From: a virus
IMG/VR virus record: IMGVR_UViG_3300042197_003184
Span: 1 to 64,000 of that record
Strand: one strand, 5' to 3'
DNA: 64,000 nucleotides
The stretch's first letter is position 1, and each line of letters begins with the position of its first letter. Shown piece by piece: positions 14,932-25,365 of the stretch. Made by a program: the position numbers and the translations under genes. The notes under the pieces are model-generated. The model was not told where the DNA came from, ran no database searches, and saw only the letters and a list, made by a program, of their open reading frames with translations.

Positions 14932-15952
14932 AACAGCTATGATATCTGGCATTACTGGACAGGATGGTTCCTATCTGGCAGATTTATTGTTGTCATATAA
15001 TTATAGAGTTATTGGATTACATCGCAGAACTAGCCATAACAGCTTTATTAGGGTTAGACATCTATTAGATAATCCAAATTTTTTATTAGAAGAATTTGAT
15101 ATTACTGATCCCTCAGATTGCTTTAGAGTATTAGAAAACTTTAAGCCTGATGAGCTATACAACCTAGCGGCTCAGAGTCATGTTGGCACCAGTTTCAAGC
15201 AGCCTTCTACAACTTTTGAAATCAATACTTCTGGTGTTGTGAATTTACTGGAAGCTCTACGATCCAGAACTCCTTCTACTAGATTTTATCAGGCCAGTAC
15301 CAGTGAAATGTTTGGGTCCAATTATACAGAAGGTTTTTGTGATTCTTCTGGAACAATACAACAATATCAAAACGAGAATACCTCATTTGCTCCCCAAAGT
15401 CCTTATGCGGTATCAAAATTAGCAGCTCATAGATTAGTGCAAATTTATAGAGAATCATACAATCTGTATGCTTGTTGTGGTATATTATTTAATCACGAAA
15501 GTCCACGCAGAGGAGAAAATTTTGTTACACGCAAAATCACAAAATATCTAGGACTTTTAGCAAATAAATTTGTTTCCATCAATAATAATCAATTCTTAAG
15601 GCTTGGAAATATTTATGCTATCAGGGACTGGGGTCATGCAAAAGACTTTGTTAAAGCTATGCACATGATGTTGAACCAGGATACTCCTGATGACTTTGTT
15701 ATAGCAACCGGATCGTGTCATTCTGTTAAGGATTTTTTACAATATAGTTTCGGTTTATTTGATCTAAATTATGAAGACTATATTAAAATTGATTCAGACT
15801 TATATAGACCATGCGAGGTTAACTATCTCAAAGGGGACGCTACCAAAGCACACAATAAATTCGGCTGGCAACCAGAAATTTCTTTTGAAGACCTTATCAA
15901 AGACATGGTGTATAGCGATATAGAGGCCAATAAACAGATCAATTTGGTGTAA
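14924..15952 (+). CDS. gmd: GDP-mannose 4,6-dehydratase
   Basis: GITGQDGSYLA, LAAQSHV, QASTSE, SPYAVSK, FNHESPRRG. Confidence 0.97.
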   Translation: MTKTAMISGITGQDGSYLADLLLSYNYRVIGLHRRTSHNSFIRVRHLLDNPNFLLEEFDITDPSDCFRVLENFKPDELYNLAAQSHVGTSFKQPSTTFEINTSGVVNLLEALRSRTPSTRFYQASTSEMFGSNYTEGFCDSSGTIQQYQNENTSFAPQSPYAVSKLAAHRLVQIYRESYNLYACCGILFNHESPRRGENFVTRKITKYLGLLANKFVSINNNQFLRLGNIYAIRDWGHAKDFVKAMHMMLNQDTPDDFVIATGSCHSVKDFLQYSFGLFDLNYEDYIKIDSDLYRPCEVNYLKGDATKAHNKFGWQPEISFEDLIKDMVYSDIEANKQINLV

Positions 15953-15954
15953 TT

Positions 15955-16230
15955 ATGTTTCGTAATTTTAATGATCCCCAATATAAAAAATGGAGATTAG
16001 CTGTCTATAAAAGAGATAAACATCAATGTAGATGGCCAAATTGCAATTCTAAAAAAAGATTGAATGCTCATCATATAAAAACTTGGGCACATTTTCCAGG
16101 ACTTAGATTTGATGTTAATAATGGAATCACGTTGTGCAAATACCATCATGATCTTATTAGAGGTATGGAAGAGGACTATAGTTATTCTTTACTTATGCTA
16201 CTGTTAAGAACCAAGGAGAATCCGAAATGA
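15955..16230 (+). CDS. HNH endonuclease
   Basis: RDKHQC..C..AHHI..NGITLCKYHH. Confidence 0.9.
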   Translation: MFRNFNDPQYKKWRLAVYKRDKHQCRWPNCNSKKRLNAHHIKTWAHFPGLRFDVNNGITLCKYHHDLIRGMEEDYSYSLLMLLLRTKENPK

Positions 16231-16805
16231 AACTAGACGCACCAATTACTTTAAACCCACCACCATATACAGATAATAATAATAAAGTTATACATCCAGA
16301 CCCTATTGTTTTAAATGAATTAATTGTAACATACAGCGATACTCCGGCCCGTAAGGTACTAGCTGCAAATATCGAAAATGTTCCTAGTACTATTTATTTA
16401 TTTACTGGTCAGCAGTACGACATTATGGGGGATTGGACACAAGCTCAAGCAGAAGCAGCCCTAAAATCTAGACTAGGAGATAATATACAAGCAGGATTAC
16501 AGGCTTTGTTTCCTAAAACTCTAGAACAAAATCCTAATGGTCCAGGCAGCATTTTAACTGGAATGATTAGTACCCTTGGTATCAAGAGTAGCTCTAGCTG
16601 TTCGTGTCGCAGACATGCGCTAGAAATGAATGAAAAGGGACCAGATTGGTGTGATCAAAATATGGAAACCATATTGAGTTGGCTAAAAGAAGAAAGTCAG
16701 AAGCGAGGCTTGCCTTATGTTGAGATGGTGGCTAAGGCCATGGTACAGAGAGCAATCAATAAGTCTCGCAGATTGCTAGCCCAAGAGACTAAGGCTAATG
16801 AATAA
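16227..16805 (+). CDS. hypothetical protein
   Basis: coupled ORF; C-terminal CSC...MN..GPDWC motif. Confidence 0.75.
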   Translation: MKLDAPITLNPPPYTDNNNKVIHPDPIVLNELIVTYSDTPARKVLAANIENVPSTIYLFTGQQYDIMGDWTQAQAEAALKSRLGDNIQAGLQALFPKTLEQNPNGPGSILTGMISTLGIKSSSSCSCRRHALEMNEKGPDWCDQNMETILSWLKEESQKRGLPYVEMVAKAMVQRAINKSRRLLAQETKANE

Positions 16806-17280
16806 GTATGATGACTTTACAATTATAATAGACACTAGAGAACAACAGCCCTGGACCTTTGAACACTATACTACCGCTAGCAAAAAACTAGACACCGGAG
16901 ACTATAGTATAGAAGGTCTGGAGGAATTGTTGTGTATAGAGCGTAAAAAAAGCATCAACGAAGTAGCCAATAACATTACTGAATCTAGATTCAAAGATGT
17001 TATCAACAGAATGAGTACTTTTAAGTATGCTTTTTTATTATTAGAATTTGATTTAGAAAATGTTCTTAGCTATCCTATAGGATCCAATCTTCCAAAAAGA
17101 CTATGGGATAAAATTAAAATTACTCCTCAATTTATTATGAAACATTTATTAGAGCTTCAAATTAATCATAATATTAAAGTATTATTTTGTGGCGACCAGT
17201 CTAATGCAGAGAAACTAGCCGAAGCCATTCTAAAAAAGGTTCATTATATTGAAAGAGTCCAAAAACAAAAAGACGTTTGA
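16798..17280 (+). CDS. ERCC4 (XPF/Mus81)-type nuclease
   Basis: IIDTREQ, LDTGDYS, IERKKS. Confidence 0.88.
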   Translation: MNKYDDFTIIIDTREQQPWTFEHYTTASKKLDTGDYSIEGLEELLCIERKKSINEVANNITESRFKDVINRMSTFKYAFLLLEFDLENVLSYPIGSNLPKRLWDKIKITPQFIMKHLLELQINHNIKVLFCGDQSNAEKLAEAILKKVHYIERVQKQKDV

Positions 17281-19282
17281 TGACGCATGGCTCGGCTTGG
17301 GGGATCTGAGCCAACTGTCGTTATCTGACAATCCAATGATCCATAGAAGCAAACAGGATATAGAAAATCCCGATTTGCATCTTATGAGATTATTAAGAAA
17401 TCCTAAGTATATAGGGGCTACATGCAAACTACTATTTAATATAGAGTTGCATCCTATTCAGATGGCTATTATTCAGGAGTTTTGGATCAGACCATTCCCT
17501 ATGTATATTGCTAGTCGAGGTTGGGGTAAATCTTTTTTATTGGCTCTGTATTGTATTTTGCGATGCACTTTTTTCCCTGGTACTAAAATAGTGGTTGTTG
17601 GTGCTGCTTTTCGACAGAGCAAAATCATTTTTGAATATATGGAAACCATATGGAGAAATAGCCCCATACTCAGAAGTATTTTTATGGGAAATGAAGACGG
17701 ACCAAGAAGAGACGTAGACAGATGTACTATGAGACTAGGAGACAGTTGGACAATAGCTATTCCCATGGGTGATGGTAGCAAAATCAGAGGTTTAAGAGCA
17801 CATATTATTATTGCTGACGAGTTTGCTTCTATTAGTCCAGACATTTATGAAACGGTAGTATCGGGGTTTGCCGCCGTATCCGCGACTCCTATCCAAAACG
17901 TCAAAGAACAAGCCAAGAGAGCAGCTATGACCGAAGCAGGTTTGTGGAATGAGGAATTGGAAACCCTTAATACTAAAATGGGTAACCAAGCTATCATATC
18001 TGGAACTGCCGATTACGCATTTAAGCATTTTGCTTCTTACTGGCGAAGATACAAGGGTATTATTGAAAGCAAAGGAGACAACTCTAAATTAGAAGAAATC
18101 TTTAAGGGAGAAGTTCCTAGTAATTTTAACTGGAGAGATTATAGCATTATCAGAATTCCTTATGAATTAATACCAAAAGGATTCATGGATGATAAACAGG
18201 TAAGTAGAGCCAAAGCCACCATTCATACTGGTATCTACAATATGGAATACGCTGCCTGTTTCGTTAACGATAGTGAAGGCTTTTTCAAAAGAAGCCTAAT
18301 AGAGAGCTGTGTTACTTCTCACACCAAACCTATCATGGTATCTGGGAAGAACATTACATTCGACGCGGTAACATCAGGTAATCCAAATCAGCAATACATA
18401 TACGGAATCGACCCAGCTAGCGAACAAGATAATTTTAGTATAGTTATATTAGAGCTACATCCGGACCACTCTAGAATAGTCTATTGTTGGACAACCAATA
18501 GAACAAACTTTAAAGATAGACAAAAAACAGGATTGATTACAGAGCACGATTTCTATGGTTTCTGTTCTCGTAAAATTAGAAATCTCATGAAAATTTTTCC
18601 ATGCTCTCGCATAGTACTTGACGCTCAAGGAGGAGGTGTTTCTATAGAGGAAGCATTACATGATCCGGCTAAATTAGAAGAAGGAGAACATCTCATTTGG
18701 CCTATTATAGACGTTAATAAAAACAAAGACACCGATGACCAAGCAGGATTACACCTTATAGAGCTGGTACAGTTCGCCAAAGCAGATTGGACGGCTCAGG
18801 CTAATCATGGACTAAGAAAAGACCTAGAAGATAAAGTGCTGTTATTTCCAACATTTGATAACCTTACTCTTGGATTAGCTTTGGATCAAGAAGGTAAAAG
18901 CATACTAGAGTCAGATCTTAATCCTATCTATGATAGCTTAAGTGAGTGTATCTTAGAAATAGAAGAATTGAAAAATGAACTTACAACGATTGTTATGACA
19001 CAAACTAGCACAGGACCAAACGCTAGAGACAGATGGGATACTCCAGAAATTAAGATGCCTAACGGTAAACGAGGAAGATTACGCAAAGACCGCTATAGTG
19101 CTTTATTAATGGCTAATATGGCAGCTCGTCAACAACAAAGAACCTTACAGCCAGTATCATACGATTTGATAGGAGACAACCTAAGAAACGTATCAAATAA
19201 TAATGGCCAATTATACAAAGGACCGGAATGGTTTACTTCGGCTGTAAATGAAGACATATATACAGGAATTTATAGACAATAG
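17249..19282 (+). CDS. terL: terminase large subunit
   Basis: Walker A SRGWGKS, Walker B IIADE, RNase-H-like GIDPA and KDRYSA. Confidence 0.92.
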   Translation: MKESKNKKTFDDAWLGLGDLSQLSLSDNPMIHRSKQDIENPDLHLMRLLRNPKYIGATCKLLFNIELHPIQMAIIQEFWIRPFPMYIASRGWGKSFLLALYCILRCTFFPGTKIVVVGAAFRQSKIIFEYMETIWRNSPILRSIFMGNEDGPRRDVDRCTMRLGDSWTIAIPMGDGSKIRGLRAHIIIADEFASISPDIYETVVSGFAAVSATPIQNVKEQAKRAAMTEAGLWNEELETLNTKMGNQAIISGTADYAFKHFASYWRRYKGIIESKGDNSKLEEIFKGEVPSNFNWRDYSIIRIPYELIPKGFMDDKQVSRAKATIHTGIYNMEYAACFVNDSEGFFKRSLIESCVTSHTKPIMVSGKNITFDAVTSGNPNQQYIYGIDPASEQDNFSIVILELHPDHSRIVYCWTTNRTNFKDRQKTGLITEHDFYGFCSRKIRNLMKIFPCSRIVLDAQGGGVSIEEALHDPAKLEEGEHLIWPIIDVNKNKDTDDQAGLHLIELVQFAKADWTAQANHGLRKDLEDKVLLFPTFDNLTLGLALDQEGKSILESDLNPIYDSLSECILEIEELKNELTTIVMTQTSTGPNARDRWDTPEIKMPNGKRGRLRKDRYSALLMANMAARQQQRTLQPVSYDLIGDNLRNVSNNNGQLYKGPEWFTSAVNEDIYTGIYRQ

Positions 19283-19338
19283 TGTATCATATCTTATAAT
19301 ACTATTGTAATGCAATCACGATCACAATAAGGGATATT

Positions 19339-21540
19339 ATGGCCAAAAAAGAGATCCAAAATCCAGTTATTCAAGACTCTCAGCCAACCAACGAACAAGC
19401 TTACGTTACATGGGGTGACGACCTATCCAGTAAACAAGAAGCCCTGAAAACCTCTTCCGAATCTTTAGACGAATTTACAGTAGTACAAAGGGCACAAGCT
19501 GGTAGATTTTACAGAGTGGACTACTCTAATCTTGATGGTCGCACAGGGGGTCGTCCAGGATTAACTCGTAGCGATTACGACTACTTTCGACCAGACGAAG
19601 CAGTACCAAAACGTATCAAAGACATTATTCGTAGAGCAGACGAAATTTATCAAAAAGTAGGATTGGTTAAAAACGTTATCGACCTCATGGGAGACTTTGC
19701 TGCTCAGGGAATCAGAATTTGCCATAAGAATAAAAGAATAGAAAGATTTTATCGTCAATGGTTTAAAAAGATAAACGGAAAAGAAAGAAGCGAACGATTT
19801 CTTAATAATTTCTATAAAGCAGGCAATGTTGTTATTAATAGACAAACCGGCAAATTAAGCTTGAAGGTAGCAGATAGACTATATAGAGCTATTGGTTCTC
19901 CTGATCTTCAGGTGTCAGACCTTGATGGTACCCAGTATGAAAAAAGAGAAATTCCATGGAAGTATACTTTTATCGACCCAACATTCGTTGAGGTTGCTGC
20001 TGGACCTTTAGCTTCATTCGTATCAGATAAAAGATACGAACTAGAACTTCCAGCTATTCTTAGGAAGATGATCAACTCCCCAAAGTCTGATGCAGAGAAG
20101 GGCATTATCGCAAATTTACCTCCACAGATTATTGAAGCAGCAAAAACCAAGAAGCCGTATCCTCTGGATCCAAATAAAACCCTGGTATTTCACTATAAAA
20201 AGGATGATTGGCAGGCTTGGGCTTTTCCGATGGTTTATGCGATTATGGACGATATCACAGTAATAGAAAAACTTAAGTTAGCAGATATGGCAGCCCTAGA
20301 TGGAGCCATTTCAAATATTCGTATTTTTAAGTTGGGTAGTCTAGAACATAAAATTGCTCCAACAAAAGCAGCAACAGCCAAACTAGCACAAATCCTAGGA
20401 AATAATGTTGGTGGTGGCACTATGGATCTTGTATGGGGTCCAGACATTGAATTAATAGAATCCAAAACATCTGTTCATCAATTTTTGGGAGAAGGTAAAT
20501 ATATCCCGCATATGAATAATGTTTATGCTGGTCTAGGAATTCCTCCAACTTTAACAGGAACATTCGGAGCAGCAGGAACTACTAATAACTTCATATCCTT
20601 AAAAACTCTTACACAAAGATTACAATATGGAAGAGATATGCTGATCTCATTTTGGGAGAAAGAGATCGAGCTAGTACAAAAAGCTATGGGCTTTAAATAT
20701 GGAGCAAAGATAGAGTTTGATAGAATGGACCTAAGTAATGAAGACTCAGAGAAAGCCCTATTAATTCAGCTAGCAGACAGAAATGTTATTAGCGATGAGC
20801 TATTACAAACTCGATTTGGTATCGATCCAGATATGGAAAAGAGTAGACTCAACAGAGAGCAGAGAGAAAGGAAATCAGAAAGAATGGTACCAAAAGCAGG
20901 ACCATGGAATGATCCACAAATTGAGCACGCTCTTAAAAAGATAGCTTTACAAACGGGCATTGTCGCACCAAGCCAAGTAGGTCTAGATTTAGAAAAAAAG
21001 AAAAGCGGAGAGAAAACAGCTATGGAACAAAAGGTTCCTAAGCCTGGTTCTTCAACGAAGTTGGCAAATGATTCGTCAGAATCATTGCCAGGTGTTCCAG
21101 GTCAGGGAAGACCAAAACTCAGTAAGGATTCAGAACAAAGACAAACCAAAAAGTTTGCCCCCCAGACAGGAGCCAGTTTGATGCTTTGGGCAAACGAAGC
21201 ACAAGATAAAATAAACGAAATACTCAACCCAACACTGCTAGACTTTTTCAATAAGAAAAACTTAAGAAGTTTATCTAAAGCAGAAACTAAAGAAATAGAC
21301 GTAATGAAAACAAAGATCCTGTTCAGCCTGACCCCAAACACAGCTATTGACGAACCAACTCTGCAAAAAACCCTATCTGCTATCAACACACCCGAACATT
21401 CTACGGTATTAAATCACTACAATAACTGGCTAAAACCAATAAAAACAGAAATTAATCGAGATTTAGGGGTCGATGAGATTAAACAACTTAAGTCGTCTTT
21501 CTATTCTATGGTGTATAGTTCATTCATGGCCAACCCATAA
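19339..21540 (+). CDS. portal protein
   Basis: follows terL; size and portal-like segments (AGLGIPPTL). Confidence 0.8.
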   Translation: MAKKEIQNPVIQDSQPTNEQAYVTWGDDLSSKQEALKTSSESLDEFTVVQRAQAGRFYRVDYSNLDGRTGGRPGLTRSDYDYFRPDEAVPKRIKDIIRRADEIYQKVGLVKNVIDLMGDFAAQGIRICHKNKRIERFYRQWFKKINGKERSERFLNNFYKAGNVVINRQTGKLSLKVADRLYRAIGSPDLQVSDLDGTQYEKREIPWKYTFIDPTFVEVAAGPLASFVSDKRYELELPAILRKMINSPKSDAEKGIIANLPPQIIEAAKTKKPYPLDPNKTLVFHYKKDDWQAWAFPMVYAIMDDITVIEKLKLADMAALDGAISNIRIFKLGSLEHKIAPTKAATAKLAQILGNNVGGGTMDLVWGPDIELIESKTSVHQFLGEGKYIPHMNNVYAGLGIPPTLTGTFGAAGTTNNFISLKTLTQRLQYGRDMLISFWEKEIELVQKAMGFKYGAKIEFDRMDLSNEDSEKALLIQLADRNVISDELLQTRFGIDPDMEKSRLNREQRERKSERMVPKAGPWNDPQIEHALKKIALQTGIVAPSQVGLDLEKKKSGEKTAMEQKVPKPGSSTKLANDSSESLPGVPGQGRPKLSKDSEQRQTKKFAPQTGASLMLWANEAQDKINEILNPTLLDFFNKKNLRSLSKAETKEIDVMKTKILFSLTPNTAIDEPTLQKTLSAINTPEHSTVLNHYNNWLKPIKTEINRDLGVDEIKQLKSSFYSMVYSSFMANP

Positions 21541-21542
21541 TA

Positions 21543-23135
21543 ATGAGGCATAAAATGCAAATTTTTGAACAAGAGATCAATGACGGACTAGAAGCCCAAC
21601 TACAATCATCTGCTTCAATCTCTTATGCTTGTGTTGCCGAGCCCTCTCATAAAACTAATCATAATGTTAAGCATATTAAAAGCTTAGCTTCTTTAAACGA
21701 TAGTGACTTATATTATGTTCAGTCTATTCTAGTCACATCTAGTTGGAATAAAAATGATGATATTTTTGATAAAAATGAGGTTTGGGCAGCAAAAAACACG
21801 CCAGAAGACAAACCCACAAATCTTGATCATGACGAAAAAACCATAGTTGGCCATATTACCTCTAGTTGGCCGATTACAGACGATGGAGTCCTTATAGATG
21901 AAAATACTCCTACAGAAAATTTGCCTGACAAATTCCATATCCTTACAGGGTCCGTAGTTTACAGAGGTTTTTCGTCACCAGACCTAATGGGTAGAGCTAA
22001 TAATCTTATCAATGAAATAGAAGCTGGTACAAAATATGTCAGTATGGAATGCTTTTTTAAGGGTTTTGATTATGGGTTAATTAATAAGTCTACCGGAGAA
22101 TTTAAAATTCTTAATCGTAATTCTGAAACAGCGTTTTTAACAAAATACTTGAGATCTTACGGAGGATTAGGAGAACACGATAACTATAAAATCGGAAGAG
22201 TATTAAGGAATATAACATTTTCAGGCAAAGGATTTGTTGACAAACCAGCTAATCCTGATAGTATAATCTTTACGAAAGATGGTTTTTCTAAAAGTTCTTT
22301 GATTAATTCAACAGAAAATTTTGTAAATTTATCAAATATAGGTGTATCAGATATTCAGTCAACCCCTAATGTGGAGAACAACACTATGAGTTTAAACGAA
22401 ACTAACACTGAAGCAGTCGCCGAAACAACAGAAGTAGTTGAAGCTACACAACCAACAGAGGCATCGGCCACTTCAGAATCAGCAACCACAGAAAATAACA
22501 CAGTAGACCTAGCCCAAAGAGTGGCTGAATTAGAGTCACAGGTTGCTGCTCAGCTAGACACCATCCAAACTCTTCAAACAGAAAAAGAAGAAGCTGCTAA
22601 GAAAGCCCAGAAGGACGAAGAAGAAGAAATGCAGAAGGAAGAAGCAGCCAAGAAGATGAAAGACGATATGTCTAAGAAAGACGAAGAAATGAAAAAAGTT
22701 AAGTCTGAACTCGATGCTGCTCTTGAAGCCATTGCTGGATACAAGATGAAAGAAGAAGAAATGGCTAAGAAAGAAAAGAAAATGAACAGAAAAGCTTCTT
22801 TGATCGAAAACGGAGTAGATGCTGATTCAGCTGATACCGTTGTTGAAAAATTTGAATCTATGGCTGACGACGCTTTTGAGGCTATGACCAGCTTATTCGC
22901 TGGTAAGATGCCACCATGGTTAGAGAAAGTTAAGAAAGACGAAGACAAAGAAGAAGATAAGAAAGCCAAAGAAAAAAAGAAAGCATCAGAAGCTTCTACT
23001 GATCCAGAAGTACTAGATTCAGTTGAAGTGATTGAAGAAGTTAATCTCGGTGTTGGGGGAGAAACCGAAAGTTCGGTAGATACCACCAGGGCCGCATTAG
23101 TCGAATTTGTTAGTAGCAGATTAGGTAAGAAATAA
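21543..23135 (+). CDS. prohead protease/scaffold fusion
   Basis: NKNDD, NLDH, VSMEC, FSGKGFVDKPANP; charged coiled-coil C-terminus. Confidence 0.8.
   Translation: MRHKMQIFEQEINDGLEAQLQSSASISYACVAEPSHKTNHNVKHIKSLASLNDSDLYYVQSILVTSSWNKNDDIFDKNEVWAAKNTPEDKPTNLDHDEKTIVGHITSSWPITDDGVLIDENTPTENLPDKFHILTGSVVYRGFSSPDLMGRANNLINEIEAGTKYVSMECFFKGFDYGLINKSTGEFKILNRNSETAFLTKYLRSYGGLGEHDNYKIGRVLRNITFSGKGFVDKPANPDSIIFTKDGFSKSSLINSTENFVNLSNIGVSDIQSTPNVENNTMSLNETNTEAVAETTEVVEATQPTEASATSESATTENNTVDLAQRVAELESQVAAQLDTIQTLQTEKEEAAKKAQKDEEEEMQKEEAAKKMKDDMSKKDEEMKKVKSELDAALEAIAGYKMKEEEMAKKEKKMNRKASLIENGVDADSADTVVEKFESMADDAFEAMTSLFAGKMPPWLEKVKKDEDKEEDKKAKEKKKASEASTDPEVLDSVEVIEEVNLGVGGETESSVDTTRAALVEFVSSRLGKK
22386..23135 (+). 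CDS. nested in-frame scaffold protein
   Basis: GGAG SD before in-frame ATG; GGTGTAT motif at 22341. Confidence 0.55.
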   Translation: MSLNETNTEAVAETTEVVEATQPTEASATSESATTENNTVDLAQRVAELESQVAAQLDTIQTLQTEKEEAAKKAQKDEEEEMQKEEAAKKMKDDMSKKDEEMKKVKSELDAALEAIAGYKMKEEEMAKKEKKMNRKASLIENGVDADSADTVVEKFESMADDAFEAMTSLFAGKMPPWLEKVKKDEDKEEDKKAKEKKKASEASTDPEVLDSVEVIEEVNLGVGGETESSVDTTRAALVEFVSSRLGKK

Positions 23136-23158
23136 CAACCTTATAGGGAGAAATTGAA

Positions 23159-23614
23159 ATGGCTCTAAAACCAGATCGTATCGAAGCTCGTACAGATATT
23201 TCATTTTTCATGAACACGGTTGCAGAAAGAGGCGGCGTAGCTTCTGTTGTAACAGGTGGTGCCGGAGTTGCTATGGATGATGCTAGTGCCGTTGTAGGCT
23301 ATGCAGCTGCCGTATCCGGTGCTGTGCCAGTTGGCATTCTGTTAAATGATGTTGTAAACATTGATTTAACCAGACAGCATATCAATTGGTATAAAGACGA
23401 AGTACAGGTTGGTGGCAAGGTAACATTGCTCCGTCAGGGACAGGTTACTACCAACATGCTTGTATCAGGTAATACTCCATCAGCAGGTGCTCCTGCTTAC
23501 GTAGGCGCCAATGGCTTACTAAGCACAGCCAGCACAAATGCTGCTAGAGTTGGTACATTCTTAAGTAGTAAAGATGCCGACGGTTATGTCAAAGTAGACG
23601 TAAACATTGTTTGA
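23159..23614 (+). CDS. capsid decoration/cement protein
   Basis: small Gly/Ala/Val-rich gene immediately before the capsid gene. Confidence 0.7.
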   Translation: MALKPDRIEARTDISFFMNTVAERGGVASVVTGGAGVAMDDASAVVGYAAAVSGAVPVGILLNDVVNIDLTRQHINWYKDEVQVGGKVTLLRQGQVTTNMLVSGNTPSAGAPAYVGANGLLSTASTNAARVGTFLSSKDADGYVKVDVNIV

Positions 23615-23641
23615 TAAAACTTAACACGGAGAGCAAAAAAC

Positions 23642-24652
23642 ATGTCAGCTAACACAAGTAAATTTCAACCAACACCAGAAGTTACAGAACTATTGATTCG
23701 TTCTGGTTCTGCCGATAGAGAAGTAGCTTTAGCAGCTAATAGAGAATTTGCTAAGGCTCTTGAGTTACCACTTCGTCAAGGTCTACTCAGCGGGAATATC
23801 CTTGACAATATTTTCGAACCCATCCAATTAGCTCAGAGTGCCACTCCAGAGTTTCCATTGGACTTCATCGCCCCAGGTACAGAAAAGGACTTCGTTGCCT
23901 ATACTGTACCAAATCATGGATATATTCCAGAGCGTCATGTTGAGAGCGATTATGTCATGGTTCCAACCTATGATATTGGCGCCTCAATTGACTATCTCCT
24001 AAAGTATGCTCGTGATGCTCGCTGGGACGTTGTTGGTCGCGCAATGGAAGTTCTAGAGGCTTCTTTTGTTAAGAAGATGAATGATGATGGTTGGCACACC
24101 CTATTAGCGGCTGCTGCTGATCGTAACATTGTAGTGTTCGATAGCGATGCCAACGCTAATCAGTTTACAAAGAGATTGGTCAGTCTGATGAAGACAGTAA
24201 TGCGTCGAAACGGTGGTGGTAATTCTGCCAGTACCAATCGAGGCATTCTAACTGACCTCTATGTTTCACCAGAGGCTATGGAAGATATCCGTAACTGGGG
24301 AGTAGATATTGTTGACGAAATTACTCGTCGTGAAATCTACACCGCTGCTGACGGTACTCTTAATAGAATCTTCGGCGTTAATCTTCATGATCGTGACGAA
24401 CTCGGTGTTGGTCAAGAATATCAATTATTCTACTCCAGCACTCTCAATGGAGCACTACCATCCGGTAAGGCCGAAGTTGTTGTTGGTCTCGATCTCAGAA
24501 AGAGAGACAGCTTTATAATGCCAGTACGTCAAGAAGTTCAAATCTTCGAGGACGAGACACTACATCGTCAGAAGAGAGCAGGCTTCTACGGATGGGCCGA
24601 ACAAGGCTTTGCCGTACTAGACAATCGTAGAGTTCTCCTTGGTGCTCTATAA
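23642..24652 (+). CDS. major capsid protein (HK97 fold)
   Basis: position, size, strong codon bias, terminator downstream. Confidence 0.85.
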   Translation: MSANTSKFQPTPEVTELLIRSGSADREVALAANREFAKALELPLRQGLLSGNILDNIFEPIQLAQSATPEFPLDFIAPGTEKDFVAYTVPNHGYIPERHVESDYVMVPTYDIGASIDYLLKYARDARWDVVGRAMEVLEASFVKKMNDDGWHTLLAAAADRNIVVFDSDANANQFTKRLVSLMKTVMRRNGGGNSASTNRGILTDLYVSPEAMEDIRNWGVDIVDEITRREIYTAADGTLNRIFGVNLHDRDELGVGQEYQLFYSSTLNGALPSGKAEVVVGLDLRKRDSFIMPVRQEVQIFEDETLHRQKRAGFYGWAEQGFAVLDNRRVLLGAL

Positions 24653-24688
24653 TAAAGTTGTTACCTAATCAGCTATAAAAACGAAAGT

Positions 24689-24725
24689 AAGGGCTGGGCC
24701 TCAAAACCTAGCCCTTCTTTTGTTT
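24689..24725 (+). terminator. intrinsic terminator
   Basis: AAGGGCTGGG..CCTAGCCCTT followed by CTTTTGTTT. Confidence 0.8.
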
Positions 24726-24779
24726 CGGTGTATAGTATTAATAAAGCAAGCTATTAAATACATTCTGGTGGAATAAAAT

Positions 24780-25295
24780 ATGAGCTGGAATATCGAAATA
24801 CCCATTATGGTTAGAACATTAATTAATGATACAGCTAACCCTCCTGCTTATAGTGACGAAAGATTGTTACAGGTTATTGCTGTAGCAGCCCGGTATGTTC
24901 AATTCGATGTTGTTTTGGATCATACATATAATATTAATGTGGCCAATCCAGCCATATCCCCGGATCCTACAGAAGATAACGATAGTATTTTTATTAGTCT
25001 GGTTAGTCTAAAGGCAGCCTGCATTATTGATCAAAGTGTGTTACGTACCAAAGCCGCGATGGAAGGCATTAGAGCCGCTTTAGGACCAGCACAATTAAGT
25101 GTGGCAGGTAGTCTCTCGGGATTAAAACTAATTATAGAAGAAGGTCCATGCGCAGCCTATGATGAGCTGGTATCTCACTGGGATGTTAAAGAGGCTACGG
25201 CTATCAGGGCTGTTCTCAGTCCCTTTGTTGGTAATAAGTTTGACCCCAATTCCATTAGGTATAGTTCAGACAGATCTAGGGATTTTTATTCTTAA
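24780..25295 (+). CDS. putative head-tail adaptor
   Basis: VRTLIND...YSDERL pattern; position. Confidence 0.6.
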   Translation: MSWNIEIPIMVRTLINDTANPPAYSDERLLQVIAVAARYVQFDVVLDHTYNINVANPAISPDPTEDNDSIFISLVSLKAACIIDQSVLRTKAAMEGIRAALGPAQLSVAGSLSGLKLIIEEGPCAAYDELVSHWDVKEATAIRAVLSPFVGNKFDPNSIRYSSDRSRDFYS

Positions 25296-25365
25296 CTTCA
25301 GAATATATAAAGCATATGGTTTAGTGTATATTTTTATATATCACTAATCGCAATAAGGAACTCAT

